Counted from the first letter of the whole stretch, positions 24,028 through 36,452 are shown. The stretch is 57,474 nt of DNA, filler included, from Ionaspis alba (GCA_964255285.1; 4 parts of 4 records of this genome joined end to end with filler, not necessarily neighbours in it); one strand, 5' to 3'. Program-made: numbers and translations. Notes: a model not told the origin generated them from the letters alone.

Positions 24028-27000
24028 TCAATCCCTCCTTACTTCCCGCTCTTCCAGTGTATATCCAATGCTGCCCTTCGACGTTGACAGCTGCTCCTCT
24101 AACGACTTTCTTAAGCCAAGTTCATTGGTCGTAGACTTGGAAGGCGATGTCGGCATGGGCACGACAATACGGCTTGGTTTCGATCCTGATTTGGAAGAAG
24201 CACTAGATCTTCTGCGATCCATCTGTTTCTGTTTCCTGGTATGGGTTACGCTCATCGCATCATCAACGCCGTCATCAAGCTCAGGAGGACTCTTGCCGTG
24301 CATTGGCATCTGGCGTTCAGGTCGAGGCGAGCGTGGAAGCATTGCCGCTTCGTAATCGTCATCGTCGTCATCGTCAGTACCTTCGAAGAATCGATCGTCC
24401 CATTGTGCAGAGTCCTCCCGCACAATCCTTGGCATTTTGGAGTTGTTGCTAAGGAGACTATCTGTAGGAGACTTCAATTGCTCGAGATGGTCCTCCTCTT
24501 CAAAACTTTGACTTGGCGTCGGTCCGTCCAACTGATCTTTTACTTCTGTACCGTGCTCGCCAACAGCTTCGCCCACTGGTTTGGCTCTCTCCTCCGCAGG
24601 CTCGAATTTGTCAGCAGTTGTTGCGGCGTAAGTGTCTGCGAAATGGGTATCGACCAAATGCTTAATTACAGGCCAGCCGTAAGCATTTGAGAACATACGG
24701 CGCACCACGATGTTATTATGAGCATCCGGCTCTAGTCTTACGAGGACTTTTCTCCAGGTCAGATCTCGATGATATGCTCTGGCAATTTTCTCTTCCACTT
24801 TCATACCACTTGAACCACCGCTGTTGATGCTCTCCGAACCACTATCCTTGGACGACGGGGACAAAATATCCTTGGTGTTGCCAGATAGAGTCCTTCTTAT
24901 AGCGGATCGTTGCCTGGCAGGAGGATCTGGAATGTCATCTGGATGATAAATACGGTCATGGAAGATTGTTCGTGGACGCTTGGTTGGATCAGTAAGGAAA
25001 CTCTCGTTCGGTATTGGAGGATTGAGAATATCTCCTGCAGCTTCGAAGACGGATGTCTTTGGTGGGGTAAAAACATTGTCCGGCTCCTCATATAAGGATC
25101 CACCTCTAATTGCTCCAGGCCTCGAAGGACTACGAGACCTGTCTCTATCCTTGGCGTCTTGGTTCGAACCGTCTTCCAAAGTATTGTCCGTAGTCTGGCT
25201 CCTGCTGTATATCTTTTTGTTCTTCGGCGATAGCTGGGGGCTTCCTTTGGCATGACCAGGCCGCAGGAGGGACAAAAAGCCAGCGAATGGTGAAGATGGT
25301 TGAGCTTGCGATTTGCTCCTAGAACTACTACTGCCACCTTCCACGTTTGTTTGACGTTGAGGAGGAATGCCAAGAAACTGGTGAGGCTTAGGTTCCTTGG
25401 GCTCGTCTCCTGCGTTGTCATCCTTCGTTGCGTCTTCAGGAGGTTGCGGTACAGTATCGCCATCGCCTTGCCGAGTTGGTGTGTTGGCTCCCTCGTCCTC
25501 ACTGTAATCCGCTTGAGAGCTGTTCTCACCGTCAAACCAGGCGCGCGGTGTCTTTGGTGCAGAAGCATTAGAGCCCGTCAGCTCGGCCCAACCCCAACCT
25601 GCCATCGTTCCAACTAAACCGTTCTCACGTCGAGCCTTCTCCACTCGACCAAGACCTCGCCAATCCAGAAACAGTAGGCAAGAAGTCCGCAACGGAACGA
25701 TCCCATCATTGACCACGTTGGAGTAGACCGTTCTATTTCTAAACATCTTCAGGACGTGATGGGCAGGCCCTGAGGGTAGAATTCGCAAGAGAGGTTTCGA
25801 TCCAGGATCCAATTGTCTATGAGCACGCTGGCCTTCTGTACCGATTCCCGCAATCATTGCACCCCACCCACTTCGTACCATAGTAGGTGGTCTCCATGTA
25901 AGCCCCAGGTCTTGTCCCGTCCTACCCACCACACCGAAGTCCAGTGCAAACTTGACATATATCGGATTCTCATTAGACAGACCCAGAAATGGCGTCGCGA
26001 GCGCCACAAAATTGATTGGCTTGATCTTCTCGAAAAAGTGGGGCGAATGTTTGTGAATATATGCTATAGCATAAGTCTGCGTCAATCCACCCAAAGAGTG
26101 GCCAATGAAGCTGATGCTCGTGATCTGATAGGCCATATTGGATGTCATTACCGTTTCCTTATGTATAGAGCTGTGGTCATGCGAAGGTAGACCAGTATGT
26201 ACGTCCTGCGGCTCCTGGCCTGTCAAAGCTCGTGAGATCGACTTTGTGACAGATTTCTTGGCCGGCAAATACGGTTGATCTGGATATGTCATGGACAAAA
26301 CGTACTTGGCCAGACGCTTTCCGAGGTACTGAATACCTCGCTCGGTTCGAACAGTATTTCCGGAAAAGCCTCGTACTATCACTTCTTCATCTTCGCTGAA
26401 ATCTATTTCTTCGTCTAGCTCTTTCTGACCGCCCGAGAGCGGAGCAGTGGACGTGCCTCTTCCTGGCGACTTCAACTCGGTGTGAGTCTTCGATTTGTCG
26501 GCTGATAGCGAGTCTATTGGAGGAATTGCTGGTGCTTGGGACTGTTTTCTTTGTCGCCTTCTTCTTGAATCTATCCTAGCCTGCTTTGATGCAGTATCTA
26601 TACTTTCCTTCAGGTATAGCATGTCAGCCCCAAGATTGCTATGTAGTCCATGCGTCAATATGACGAGATGGACCTTTTTCCGCCTTCTTGCTCTTAGCTT
26701 CACTACTCCATCCGCTTCATACTGCTGGAATCTGATCCGATCAGGTTCTGTGGTAGCAAGATCCTGGCCCGGTTCTGCAGGTTCCCGATCATGTCCTGCG
26801 CCCTTGCTTGACTCTTCCCAATCCGATAGGGAGGGCTTGTTCCACAAGCTGGCGGTATCGTCCACGATGAGCTTGACAGCTCTAGAATACAATCCTTTAG
26901 GCTGAGCTGCACTGTGACCATCTTTGCTCCGCTTGCCTTGCTGGTGATCGTGTAGTTGTCCCGGCGTAGTGTGTACCGTCCCAGTCAAGCCCGCAAATCC

Positions 27001-27529
27001 AAGCTCGGTCGACTTCTCATCCCTGCCAACTACCAATTCATAATGCACAGTAGCTGTCGTAGAGAAAATGACTTGTGAAGACACCTCGATAATCCATGTC
27101 ACTGTTGGTATGCTTCCGTCGATATTTCTTCGGACGTTGGCCTTCCCCACTTTCTCCCTTATGTTCTCAGGTACCATTAGACGGGCATTCCAGCTGCCTC
27201 CTGCCTTTAGGTTGGGCTCAAATTGGGGAACACCATCGCGGCCAGGATTCTCTTGCTTGGTGTTTGGGTCGAAGATCGAGGGGTAGCAAGCTGCATATAA
27301 CGTGTATGGTCCATGGAGATATGCAGCTCTCAACGCTACTGCAGATGTGTTCTTGATCTTGACGTAGAGTTGGGGTGGGGTTGGGACAGTCCGGTCATGA
27401 GAAGGTGTATAAATCAGCGTATACCTAGTCGATGGTCAGCTCAGCTCTGGAGGTGTAACAATAACCTGATATGACTTGCCTGACCACTTCTCCAACCCTG
27501 ACACTACCCGTTTGATGGACGAGCAGCAT
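24028..27529 (-). CDS. DUF676 putative lipase/serine esterase (Rog1-like); exons 27529-27480 and 27424-24028
   Basis: HLVILTHGLHSN, ISFIGHSLGGL (GxSxG), ATPFLG, YSNVVNDGIVPLRTS, WRKVLVRLEPDAHNNIVVRR; first intron is GC-AG. Confidence 0.93.
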
Positions 27530-28249
27530 CCTTTCAACGCGGCGTATTGTGTCCGGCGGGGGAATCCGCCAACTAGTGGTGTTGATGTTTATAACACCAG
27601 CGGAGGCCACGGCATCCTGCTCTGCCACCTTGAATTGCTGATATAGCCTCGGTGTGACAAGCATGACAGCGGATACTCGGCATCCTTCTGTATTTACGAT
27701 CTGCCATGCTAGTAATCGTCTTGGCACTACAAGCAAAATAAAAGCTGCTTCGAGCTCACGTGGGCGTTCATTAAAACCTTGCCGCATCTAGAACAATCTG
27801 GTGATCGGATTCTATCTAGCTTCTCCCCATCTTAAATCGCTCCTTGATTTCTCCTCTCACGGAATACGAATTGGACTCCAATGCGGGTTCCAGCCTGCTG
27901 GCTGCAAAGCCCTCGCTCGCACATTATCTCCTTCAATCGCTGTCTCTCCTGCCTCGATCACCACCCTTCCACAACTACCAAGGTCAGCACCCTTCCTTCT
28001 ACGGCCATGGGCAGGCGAAGGGATGCGATGGACGACGTATGGGACGGAGCTGCACACACCGAAGCTGACCGAGTCCACGGCGTAAAGCATTGTTTCCAAG
28101 ACAGAAAGATCACGACCAAACCTTGGAACGTTATCTTCAGCATAAAACTTGGACCATCTGTTCCCTACTCACTGACTCCCAATAATCTCCAGAAGAACAC
28201 ACAGCGCGCAATCGGTATTCGGACACCACAGCCCCTACACAAGTATTGT

Positions 28250-28723
28250 TCAAATAGACTTTTCTTGCAATTTCCTTCCATGCTTGATGATATCCTGATT
28301 ACGGAACACCTTTTGCTCATTTCCTCGTACCGCCAGGTCAACCATTGTGGCTCCAAGCTCATTGATTCCGATGGATAAAGAGTCACCCGGGATAAACCTT
28401 TGAAGGAAAGCTTTGTCCTTGGGCACTACGGCTCCTGGTTTCACGACGTAAATCGTAAATTTTCTCTGGGAGCTGTCTTCTGCAGATTCCAAGACTTTTG
28501 CCTCTGCTGCGCCTCTGACTCGACGTCCATTGGCAAAGTACCATAAGGACCGTTTCTTCTGGCCTTCTTTTGGAGGCGGTTCGGTAAAGGCTCCACCCAG
28601 TTGGACGTATCGAAATTGTGTTGAGCCGGGAGGCCGTGTCTTGATAGCCTTAATGAATGTAAGAGGATATTCAATGTCGACTCTCTCGTCCCCATTAAAA
28701 GTACCCAAGCACCAAATAGCAGC
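28250..28723 (-). CDS. NAD(P)-binding Rossmann-fold (epimerase-like) protein, 5' part lost at contig end
   Basis: AIWCLGT…VDIEYPLTF…FRYVQLGG…RRVRGAAEAKVL…YVVKPGAV…SIGINELGATMVDLAVRG. Confidence 0.7.
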   Translation of the reverse strand, partial: AAIWCLGTFNGDERVDIEYPLTFIKAIKTRPPGSTQFRYVQLGGAFTEPPPKEGQKKRSLWYFANGRRVRGAAEAKVLESAEDSSQRKFTIYVVKPGAVVPKDKAFLQRFIPGDSLSIGINELGATMVDLAVRGNEQKVFRNQDIIKHGRKLQEKSI

Positions 28724-28823
28724 NNNNNNNNNNNNNNNNNNNNNNNNNNNNNNNNNNNNNNNNNNNNTTAATTAATTAANNNNNNNNNNNNNNNNNNNNN
28801 NNNNNNNNNNNNNNNNNNNNNNN
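28724..28823. other. artificial contig spacer N44-TTAATTAATTAA-N44
   Basis: same linker as at 14323. Confidence 0.97.
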
Positions 28824-28875
28824 ATCTCAAAACATTTATCAATCCCGAAACTTTTTCTTAGTTCTGTGAGATTTC

Positions 28876-28900
28876 TTTCAAGATGTTGAGCATCTCGAAA
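28876..28900. repeat. degenerate palindrome copy TTTCAAGATGTTGAGCATCTCGAAA
   Basis: matches consensus with a CpG->CpA change in the left arm; further decayed copies at 28824-28833 and 28956-28987. Confidence 0.75.
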
Positions 28901-29039
28901 GAATCATCAACTTTAAAGCTTTACATTTATTTTCTTCTTTCACTAGATGGATGTCTTTCAAGATGTCTTACGTTTTACGTCTCAAAACAATTAAAAATCC
29001 GAAAGTATAAATTAGATATTAACCCTCTATAAGCTCTAT

Positions 29040-30809
29040 TTACAAAACCAATGAACGATAAGAACTCGGCTCACCCTCTCCTACTTCGCCCTCTAGATCT
29101 ATGACGTTGCTATCGACAGCACCTCCTTTATTGCCTTTACCATCGATATCCATATCTTCATGTTCCTGCTCTTTTCCCTCTGTACTCTCATCTTCACTTT
29201 CGATATCAGAATCAACTTCACTAAATCGTTTCCCTTCAACCTCTTTTCTTCCATCCATTGTGACCAAATCCAACAACGAAGCATTACCATCTTGCGCTTT
29301 ATCTTCAACCCTTAGTATCGATGGTCGTCGTCGCGCTTCCAAAGGTATTATTACATTGATATCAATAGCTCTGGTGATTTGTTTGCATCTAGGCACTAAT
29401 TTGACAATACAATCCAAAGTCACCTCCAAAACATTTACACTCCAGGCTCTGAAACTTCAATATTGTCAGCGTAGTAATTCCATCAATAATCAGAAATTAT
29501 ACCTGGTGATATCTTGTTCCGGCAAAAGCACAAACACTCCTCGACCCAGACGCGCCTCCATCGCCTGATAAGGTTGACTCAATGCAATCTCGTTCTTCAG
29601 TCGTATTCTGCTTTTTTTGCACCCACCTTGACTGACAGTCTCGAAATCCACACCGTCCAGTTTATGCACCAAATAATCGTTGACGACTGATCTCCAATTC
29701 CGCCCATGAGATGTTTTCAACCCCATTTTTTCAAATAATTGTCGAGTTTCCGTTTTCGAGTCACACGCGTCTTGAACCATCAAGCTGTATTGATGATAGA
29801 ATTCTGACAGGTGAACATACCGCATACATCGATTTACGACGGCACTGGTTCGCGTAGTTGCCTGCCGTTGATATGCTTCCAAGGTCAATCGTATTGTTTG
29901 GGGAGCTCCAGTTTCCACTGTTGCTTGCCGTTCAGAGGATGCCCCGATATCTTCATCCGCTGCAAGATGAATATGCCGTATCGTCGACAAAAACTGTCGC
30001 AACTGCTTTTTCCCTTCTTCACCAAACACCCGGGCCCAAAACAGTATACATCTGTCCAGCATAGCCACTTCTCTCTGCTTGACTGTGGTTTTCTCGCCCA
30101 GCTTCGCCATTGCCAAATCCCTAATCTGAAAAAACACTTCGGGATGCACCAACAAAGGAGTTGCTTGTTTCCCTTGCGCTTTGTTGAGCAGTCTAGCCCA
30201 AGTATCCTCCTTCGTCATTGGCTCTTTTTTTTTCTTGCTGGGCATTCCAGTTGCGCGGTCTTGGAGTCCTTCATCTTGCCGATCTTCATGATTGTCACTG
30301 TTACTGGGACTTGACCCATCGTCCCGATTGTCCGTAGTCAAAGCTTTGGGCAACAGTTTTGCCTGTGATCGTGTCAACCTTTCAGTTTGTTGACGAGTTG
30401 TGGAAGTCTTTGAGGCTGCAGGGCCAGTGGTCTGAATAGGTTCGGAGGACAACGGCTGGCTCGTAGAATCTAGACCTGTTATCAAAACCTTCAACCAGAA
30501 TATTGGGTCACTGTATTTACTCTTGTTTTGGGTGTCTGGCAGGCCCGAACTGGCTGGAGGTGGTGATCTAAATATCGAAAGATCAGGTCCAAGACCAAAC
30601 CTTTGCCTTCTCCACTCCGATAAGAATCGCTGCAACATATCGATTTCCACAGCTTGATCAGCAGCTTCAAAATCCTCGAGGTAGTCCTTCAATAGACCAA
30701 GCATCGAGGCCTGGTCTTTAGGAGCCTCTCGCTGCCCAGACTGCAGCCCAGTCGAATCTGGGATTAAAGGCATTGAATCTGGGATTAAAGACACATCATC
30801 GTCAGCCAT
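29040..30809 (-). CDS. hypothetical helical protein A1 (paralog of 31154-33020); phase-2 intron at about 29455-29502
   Basis: 439-aa ORF ends …LGRGVFVLLPEQDIT at a gtataa donor; ctgac…gaag acceptor continues FRAWSVNVLEVTLD… into ORF 29040-29429; acidic tail. Confidence 0.7.
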
Positions 30810-31088
30810 TGTAGAGGCCTAGCACTTCCACGTACTTCCTCGGTCTAGCATTGCCAGTGGACTTGACCGTGCTCTTTATCGTCTACCACACTCCGAGGCT
30901 CCTTCCGCCAAGGCGGCGGTATGGAAAAATTTTGATCCAGGCTATCTAGCCAAATTCAGTGATGAAGCTCTCTTGCGGTTCCAGTCATTATCTTGCTGTC
31001 ACTGATACAAAGCAAGAGCTGCAACTACTTCTACTTATGCCAACTACTTCTATCTTACATCCGAATTCGGTTGCCATGTCCAAACACC

Positions 31089-31114
31089 TTTCGAGACTAT
31101 CGATCATCTCGAAA
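31089..31114. repeat. palindrome copy TTTCGAGACTATCGATCATCTCGAAA
   Basis: read directly; about 40 nt 3' of the stop at 31154. Confidence 0.95.
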
Positions 31115-31153
31115 CTCTCAATATCCTAACCCAACCCATCCGATTCATATCTT

Positions 31154-33020
31154 TCAATCGGCCATCTCCACATCAGAATCCGAATCAAAGGTCGTAGATC
31201 CTCCATGCTTAGCTTCATTTGTTGTGTAGGTAGGATCATCCGAGTCGTCATCCGAGTCGTCATCCAAACTTTCCTCATCCTTCTTTTTATCAGCTCCCTT
31301 TTCCTGCTTCTTCGCTCCCCCTCCATCACCCCCTTTAGCCACAGCTTCTTCAATTTCCTCTTCCTCCTCCACCGTATCATCCCAATCCTGCGCCTCAATG
31401 GGACCAGCTGTCTTTACCGGCTGAGGCGTTGATGCAAGCTCTTCAACACTTCCCTCCTTAGCTGCAGGCTCGGTCGGTATGGATTGAGCCCCCAGCACGT
31501 TGTCGTCATCAATCTTCTCGCTGGCTAGCCGGTTGGGGCTCGACATAAGCTCCACCAGATTGACTTTTGAAGACAGAAGGTTGGTTGTCTTCTGGAGGGT
31601 TATAACACGCGGCATTTGCCCGTCGAAAATAGGCTCCACCACATCTAGCATGAAGCTCTGACATACGTTCTTCACAACAGGGCTAATGTCCAGCAAGACC
31701 TTGCCAAAATTCTTGATGTGACGGACCGGCAGAGCGCGTATGCTGACTATTATCAGCAAGATCCATACTGACAGACCGTGGTATCAAATACTCACCAAGA
31801 AACACTGTCCGGTGGTACTATCCCAATGATCCCCAGCGTGAAAACCTCCACAAGCCTGTAGACTGATCGGCCAAAATCAGTCGTGGACTTGAACAGAGCC
31901 TTCTTCCTCTCTTTATCTTTCTCGTCTTTCCAACCTCCATACAATTCTTCCGACAACAGATCATGCAGCCACGAGTCTAATCTTTTCCCCACATATTTCC
32001 TCCTCTGCTGGAGTACCTTCAACCACTCAAAAACCTCTCCTTCCTCGGCCTTCACATTGACTTTCAGTTGATGATACTCCATCCACAACCTTCTGTGTGC
32101 TTCCAGCACAAACATAGTCGCAAACCCACTCATGAGTTCCGTCCTTTGGACCCCCTCAAACAAGCTGATCACCTTCTTTATGCCTGTTGGTAGATCCGCT
32201 TCCTTGCTCAAGGTACCTTCGGTTTTATGCCCTGCTTTTCCCGCACTTCCTTGTCCCTCATGGATGGCGATAAGAGCCTCCCTCAGCCTCAGCAGATTCC
32301 TCTCACTGAAGGTATCTATCATCAACTTCTCACAGGTTCTGGCGCCCGGTGGCCAAGTTGCCACGACAGCTTTATCTTGCACCACTTTTTCCAACACCTG
32401 TCTCAGAGTTGGGCCACCTTTGACGGGACTGAGATAAGGAGTAGTCACCAGACTCTTCATCTGGGATTTGGAAGGTGTATGCTTCCCTTTGGAGGGAGTC
32501 GACGGCACATCGTCTTTCGTCTTGCTTTCGGTTTTCTTCCCCTGCATTTGCACATCATCAGCGTTCATCCTGCTCGTTCAGGGTTCGAGATTATCGATCA
32601 TCTCGAAACTCTGTCGATTACCTACCTGGGATATTTTCTCATCTTCAGCCTCGCTCAATATCTTCTTATTTCCAGCCTCGCTCGATTTCTCTTCATCTTC
32701 AGTCTCGCTCGAGTTGTTCTCGTCTTCAGCCTCGCTCGAGCTCTGTGCATCAATGAGGTCTTCAACCTCATTCTCGTCGATCGAATATCCATGCACTTGG
32801 GCCAGATTCTGATCTAGAGCATTCAACAAGTCTCGTATCCGGTCGATCTTAGCGCGCCACCCAGTACCTTGACCCACATAGGCAACAATCGCTGCAAGGA
32901 TCTGTTTCACTGTTGGTCTGGAATGTCTAACTGGCAACTGGGATGGATGGCATCCTAGAAACTTACGGTTTTCTCCCCACTCTCTTCCTTCGCCTCCTTC
33001 GCTTCGGTTGAGCTGGACAT
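31154..33020 (-). CDS. hypothetical helical protein A2; exons 33020-32967, about 32901-32626, 32541-31796, 31742-31154
   Basis: ORFs 32578-32937, 31792-32568 and 31154-31759 are joined by GT-AG introns; FGRSVYRLVEVFTLGIIGIVP motif; acidic C-terminus; first acceptor uncertain. Confidence 0.7.
32584..32607. repeat. palindrome copy TTCGAGATTATCGATCATCTCGAA inside a predicted intron
   Basis: lies within minus-strand intron 32542-32625 (gtaggt…gctgat…atgcag). Confidence 0.92.
32640..32740. repeat. about 30-bp coding tandem repeat (SSEAEDExx) x4
   Basis: cttcagcctcgctcga-like units repeated. Confidence 0.75.
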
Positions 33021-33277
33021 GGTGTATGGACGATCGAGCGTGAATCCCCTGTCGGTGTGGCTGACTTTAGACTGTTGAAACTTCGATGGTGGGGTGGATG
33101 GTGGGGGTGATGATGTGGTTAGTTACTGGGTTTGTTGACATGGTAACCGTCACAAGGCTGAACAAAGCAACGCTAGTTAAATGCTGCCTAGCCAGTCGCC
33201 TCAAAACGGCAGCAGCACCGACCATCCCACGGTCTTACAAGCTACAAAACATCTCGAAAGATCGAGTCTACTACGTC

Positions 33278-34711
33278 ATGGCTGAACCTTCCCTCTCCCC
33301 CGTGCCCAACCAGATGGCAGAGGGTGATCGTGTCCGACTGGCTTTGTGTGTGCTGAAGCTTTTTCGCACCCTCCGGTGAGCTGCTACCTTACTGTTGTCC
33401 TTTCTCTGTGGTCTAGAATAAGTCAGAGCTGACAAATTTGTCTTTAGTGGCCATACTGTACCTCCTGTGCCCACGAACCTCATCGAATGCTCAGCGGATG
33501 ATATTTGGCGGTTTGTTCGGGATCTGCAAGTGGCCACTGGTCAAACAGCTTTCGATAGGGAGATTATGGCATTATTCGAATCATCAACTGCCTTCATCCG
33601 TCCTCTCCCTGAAAAATTCAAGTCACAGACCTTGCAGACTCGCAAAGGCGGCAGCAAGGTTGTACAGTACCCGATCAGCCTGCTCTTCACGCCACGTGCC
33701 TTGTGCATCGATTCGACTTGGGAACACCCGAACGAGCTTCAAAGCAACCCAGCAGAAGATGAGATGAATCCGGTGCCTCCACGGTATCGGAAAGGACCAC
33801 GCTGGTCCACGAACAGCTGCGCTTATGACTGTGCAATAATGCTCTCGCTTTACATGGAAGTGGGCCGTGTTGAATACGATCAGTTGCCACTTCACTCGCT
33901 GGCGAAACTCAGTTAACCCGAACAGGCACTTCGACGCATCGTTAGCCTTGACTGGTCTCGTCTGACAGAAGATCAGTTAAACCTGGCCCGCAATTTGCTC
34001 AAACAGACTTTGCTGGATCAATGGGCTAGCCAAGGCCACGATACAGGCGCCAACGATTACCAGTCGGTCAGTGATATCTGGGTTGATCTTAACAAAGGAA
34101 CCCGACAATGCTGCACCGCCACTGTCGTTGCCTGGTTCTGTGGGGACTGCCACAAACTTGTCCTTGGTCCTACCAGTATCCCGCGTCAGCAGGTTGAACT
34201 CGCGTTCGATTTCTATACCACCACGCAGCCGTACGACAACCCTCCCAACGTTGCAGCCACTATCCAGCAGCGAATGGAGCGTCATTTTGCTCCAAGGCTC
34301 ATCTCAGCCACCGATCCGCCAAGCAGAGATGTGCTGTGTCCTTATTGCAAGAAGAGGATCTACTACAAGATCAAAGCTGTCTCGACTCGGCTGCCCCTCC
34401 GTTTGGTATTAGGAGCAGACTGGGAAAGTAACGATGTTCCCGTGCCAGGTGCTTTCGAGGAACTGCATATTGGCTATCGTTCAGTGAGGAATGAAAATCG
34501 TATGGCTCACTACGAGTGGCAGGGTGTGGTGTTGAGCCGATCAGCACACTTCTGGGTGGTTTGGAAGTTAAATGCAGATCTGCTCCTGCTTCACGACGGC
34601 CTCAAAGGTAGCAAGGTCCAGTCACTAACTTGGGCCGAGTTCGCAGGTGCTCAATGTGGATGTGCAATGCTGATATACACATTGATTAAAGACGAAGAAG
34701 TGCATACTTGA
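33278..34711 (+). pseudogene. USP/C19-like papain-fold cysteine peptidase with Zn-finger Cys pairs; premature TAA at 33914-33916; intron 33376-33447
   Basis: Cys-box GPRWSTNSCAYDC, CGDC and CPYC pairs, His/Asp box SAHFWVVW…LLLHDGL; ORFs 33467-33916 and 33995-34711 are in one frame across a single stop. Confidence 0.7.
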
Positions 34712-34948
34712 TTCTACATTCAGGCAGGCAATACGTTGGATTTGACACCCTCTGTACACTAAACCATGGAGAGGTTGGAAGACGTCGGGTTAGGCCAAGT
34801 TGAAAGTGGGACCACCAGGGTTACAGTTGATCATGAAACAAGTTGCATCAGGTTACTGGCCACCGCGAGCTGCCCGTTGGCCATTTCTAGTAATACATAT
34901 CCACAGCGCCCGCAGACAAAACGTGCTATCCACCTGACAAGCTTGGCC

Positions 34949-34973
34949 TTTCGAGACTACTGATCATCTCGAG
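34949..34973. repeat. palindrome copy TTTCGAGACTACTGATCATCTCGAG
   Basis: read directly; about 36 nt 3' of the stop at 35009. Confidence 0.9.
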
Positions 34974-35008
34974 TTATATCCTATCCTGCCCAAACCCCCA
35001 TATCTAAT

Positions 35009-36184
35009 CTAACCTTCCTTGATGTCCATCAAATCATCCAATGGTGTGGTCTTGCTAACCTTCTTGCCTTTTTCCTCGGCTTTGGCTGGTGCAGGCTTGG
35101 AACTGAGCTTGCTAGATGGTACAGGCTTGGGACTAGGTTTGTTGAGCTTGCTGGATGGTGTAGGCTTGGAACTGAGCTTGCTGGATGGTGTAGGCTTGGG
35201 ACTAGGTTTGTTGAGCTTGCTGGATGGTGCAACCTTGGGTTTAGGTTTGTTGGCCGGTGATATCTCTTTCATCAATCCACCGGTGAGAGTTCCACTCATG
35301 AACATGCTGAGGAACTTATCAGCATCCCAAGTTGACTTAGGCGTTTCAGCTTTCCACTCCAGTCAGCTTCCTTTGGAGAGAGCAATAATCAGGGTAAGAA
35401 AACACTCACCCAGATGCTTCGATGGCTTGGAGGGTCCTTCAGGCATTTTGGCTGTATTTTGAATGGTCTCCTCAGTAGGCTCAGCTGACTTGACTGATTC
35501 AGATATCTCAAACTCGGCAGTGTTGCTGTCAACCTCTAGACCGATCTCCATCGGCTTTGGCTGAAGACTCAGTGCAACTGGTGATCCTTGCTCAGTCACG
35601 GTGATCTTCTGTTTCTTGCTTGGCGATGCTGGATCCGGTGTCAGCACAACACACTACGAGGACAGCTCCTCATACTTACTGAGAAGTTCGCCCTCCGCAG
35701 AGTGCTTGTGAGTCGATTGAGGTCCAATTGTAAGCTCTACCGGTTTCGACTTCGGCGTGACCCAATGCTCAAGCTCGGTCGCAAGCTGGAATTCAGGCTC
35801 ATCCATTGGTTGCATCGGCTTCGTCTTTGCTGTCCCGGAAAGGTCAGATTGATGCTTAGGGTGCTCGTGCTGGGTTGACGGTGATGTATGAAACATCGTA
35901 GTGACTGTCACGGCTTGAGATGCAGGTGCCTGTCCTTGCAAAGGGTGGATCACTAAAATTCGTGTAAGACGGGCTAGCAATATCTTCCAATATTTTTTTT
36001 TCAGTGTACCTTCCGCCACTATACGCAGTATCTGTGCCAATTCTTTGTATCCGTTCAGGTAGCCCTGAGCCCGAGGCCAGATGATCTCGTGAAGCAGGCT
36101 ATGGAGCTGTATATACCAGTTAGCCGGCACGGAAATCCTGGGAATGTGGTCGAACCCTGGCCATATCGTCGTCATGGAGATCAT
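35009..36184 (-). CDS. hypothetical protein with K/P/S-rich repeat tail; exons 36184-35680, 35628-35410, 35349-35009
   Basis: three ORFs joined in frame by phase-1 introns (gtaagt…ctgac…ccag; gtgagt…ctgac…aaag). Confidence 0.65.
35088..35250. repeat. alternating 30/39-bp coding tandem repeat (KPTPSSKLS / KPTPSSKLNKPSP)
   Basis: gagcttgctggatggtgtaggcttgg core repeated about 4-5 times. Confidence 0.85.
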
Positions 36185-36427
36185 GGTTATTTTCAGCCAT
36201 CTTTACTAGCGCTTGCGCGATTTTGACAATGCAGTTGCAGGATATGCTCGTAGGACAAGGATGTGGAGGTGGTGGTGAAGCAGGGTTACTACAAGGTCAT
36301 GCGGCAGTGGAAGCCGGGATGCTGCATCGCTGTAGGAGGTGTGGTTATCCGACAAAACAAATCCGTTGCCCGTGGCAACGGATCAGCACACAGCCGACCA
36401 ACAGATGCGGCCGGATCACTGCAGGGG

Positions 36428-36452
36428 TTTCGAGATGTTGATCATCTCGAAA
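36428..36452. repeat. palindrome copy TTTCGAGATGTTGATCATCTCGAAA
   Basis: read directly; lies in the divergent intergenic region 36185-36594. Confidence 0.95.
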
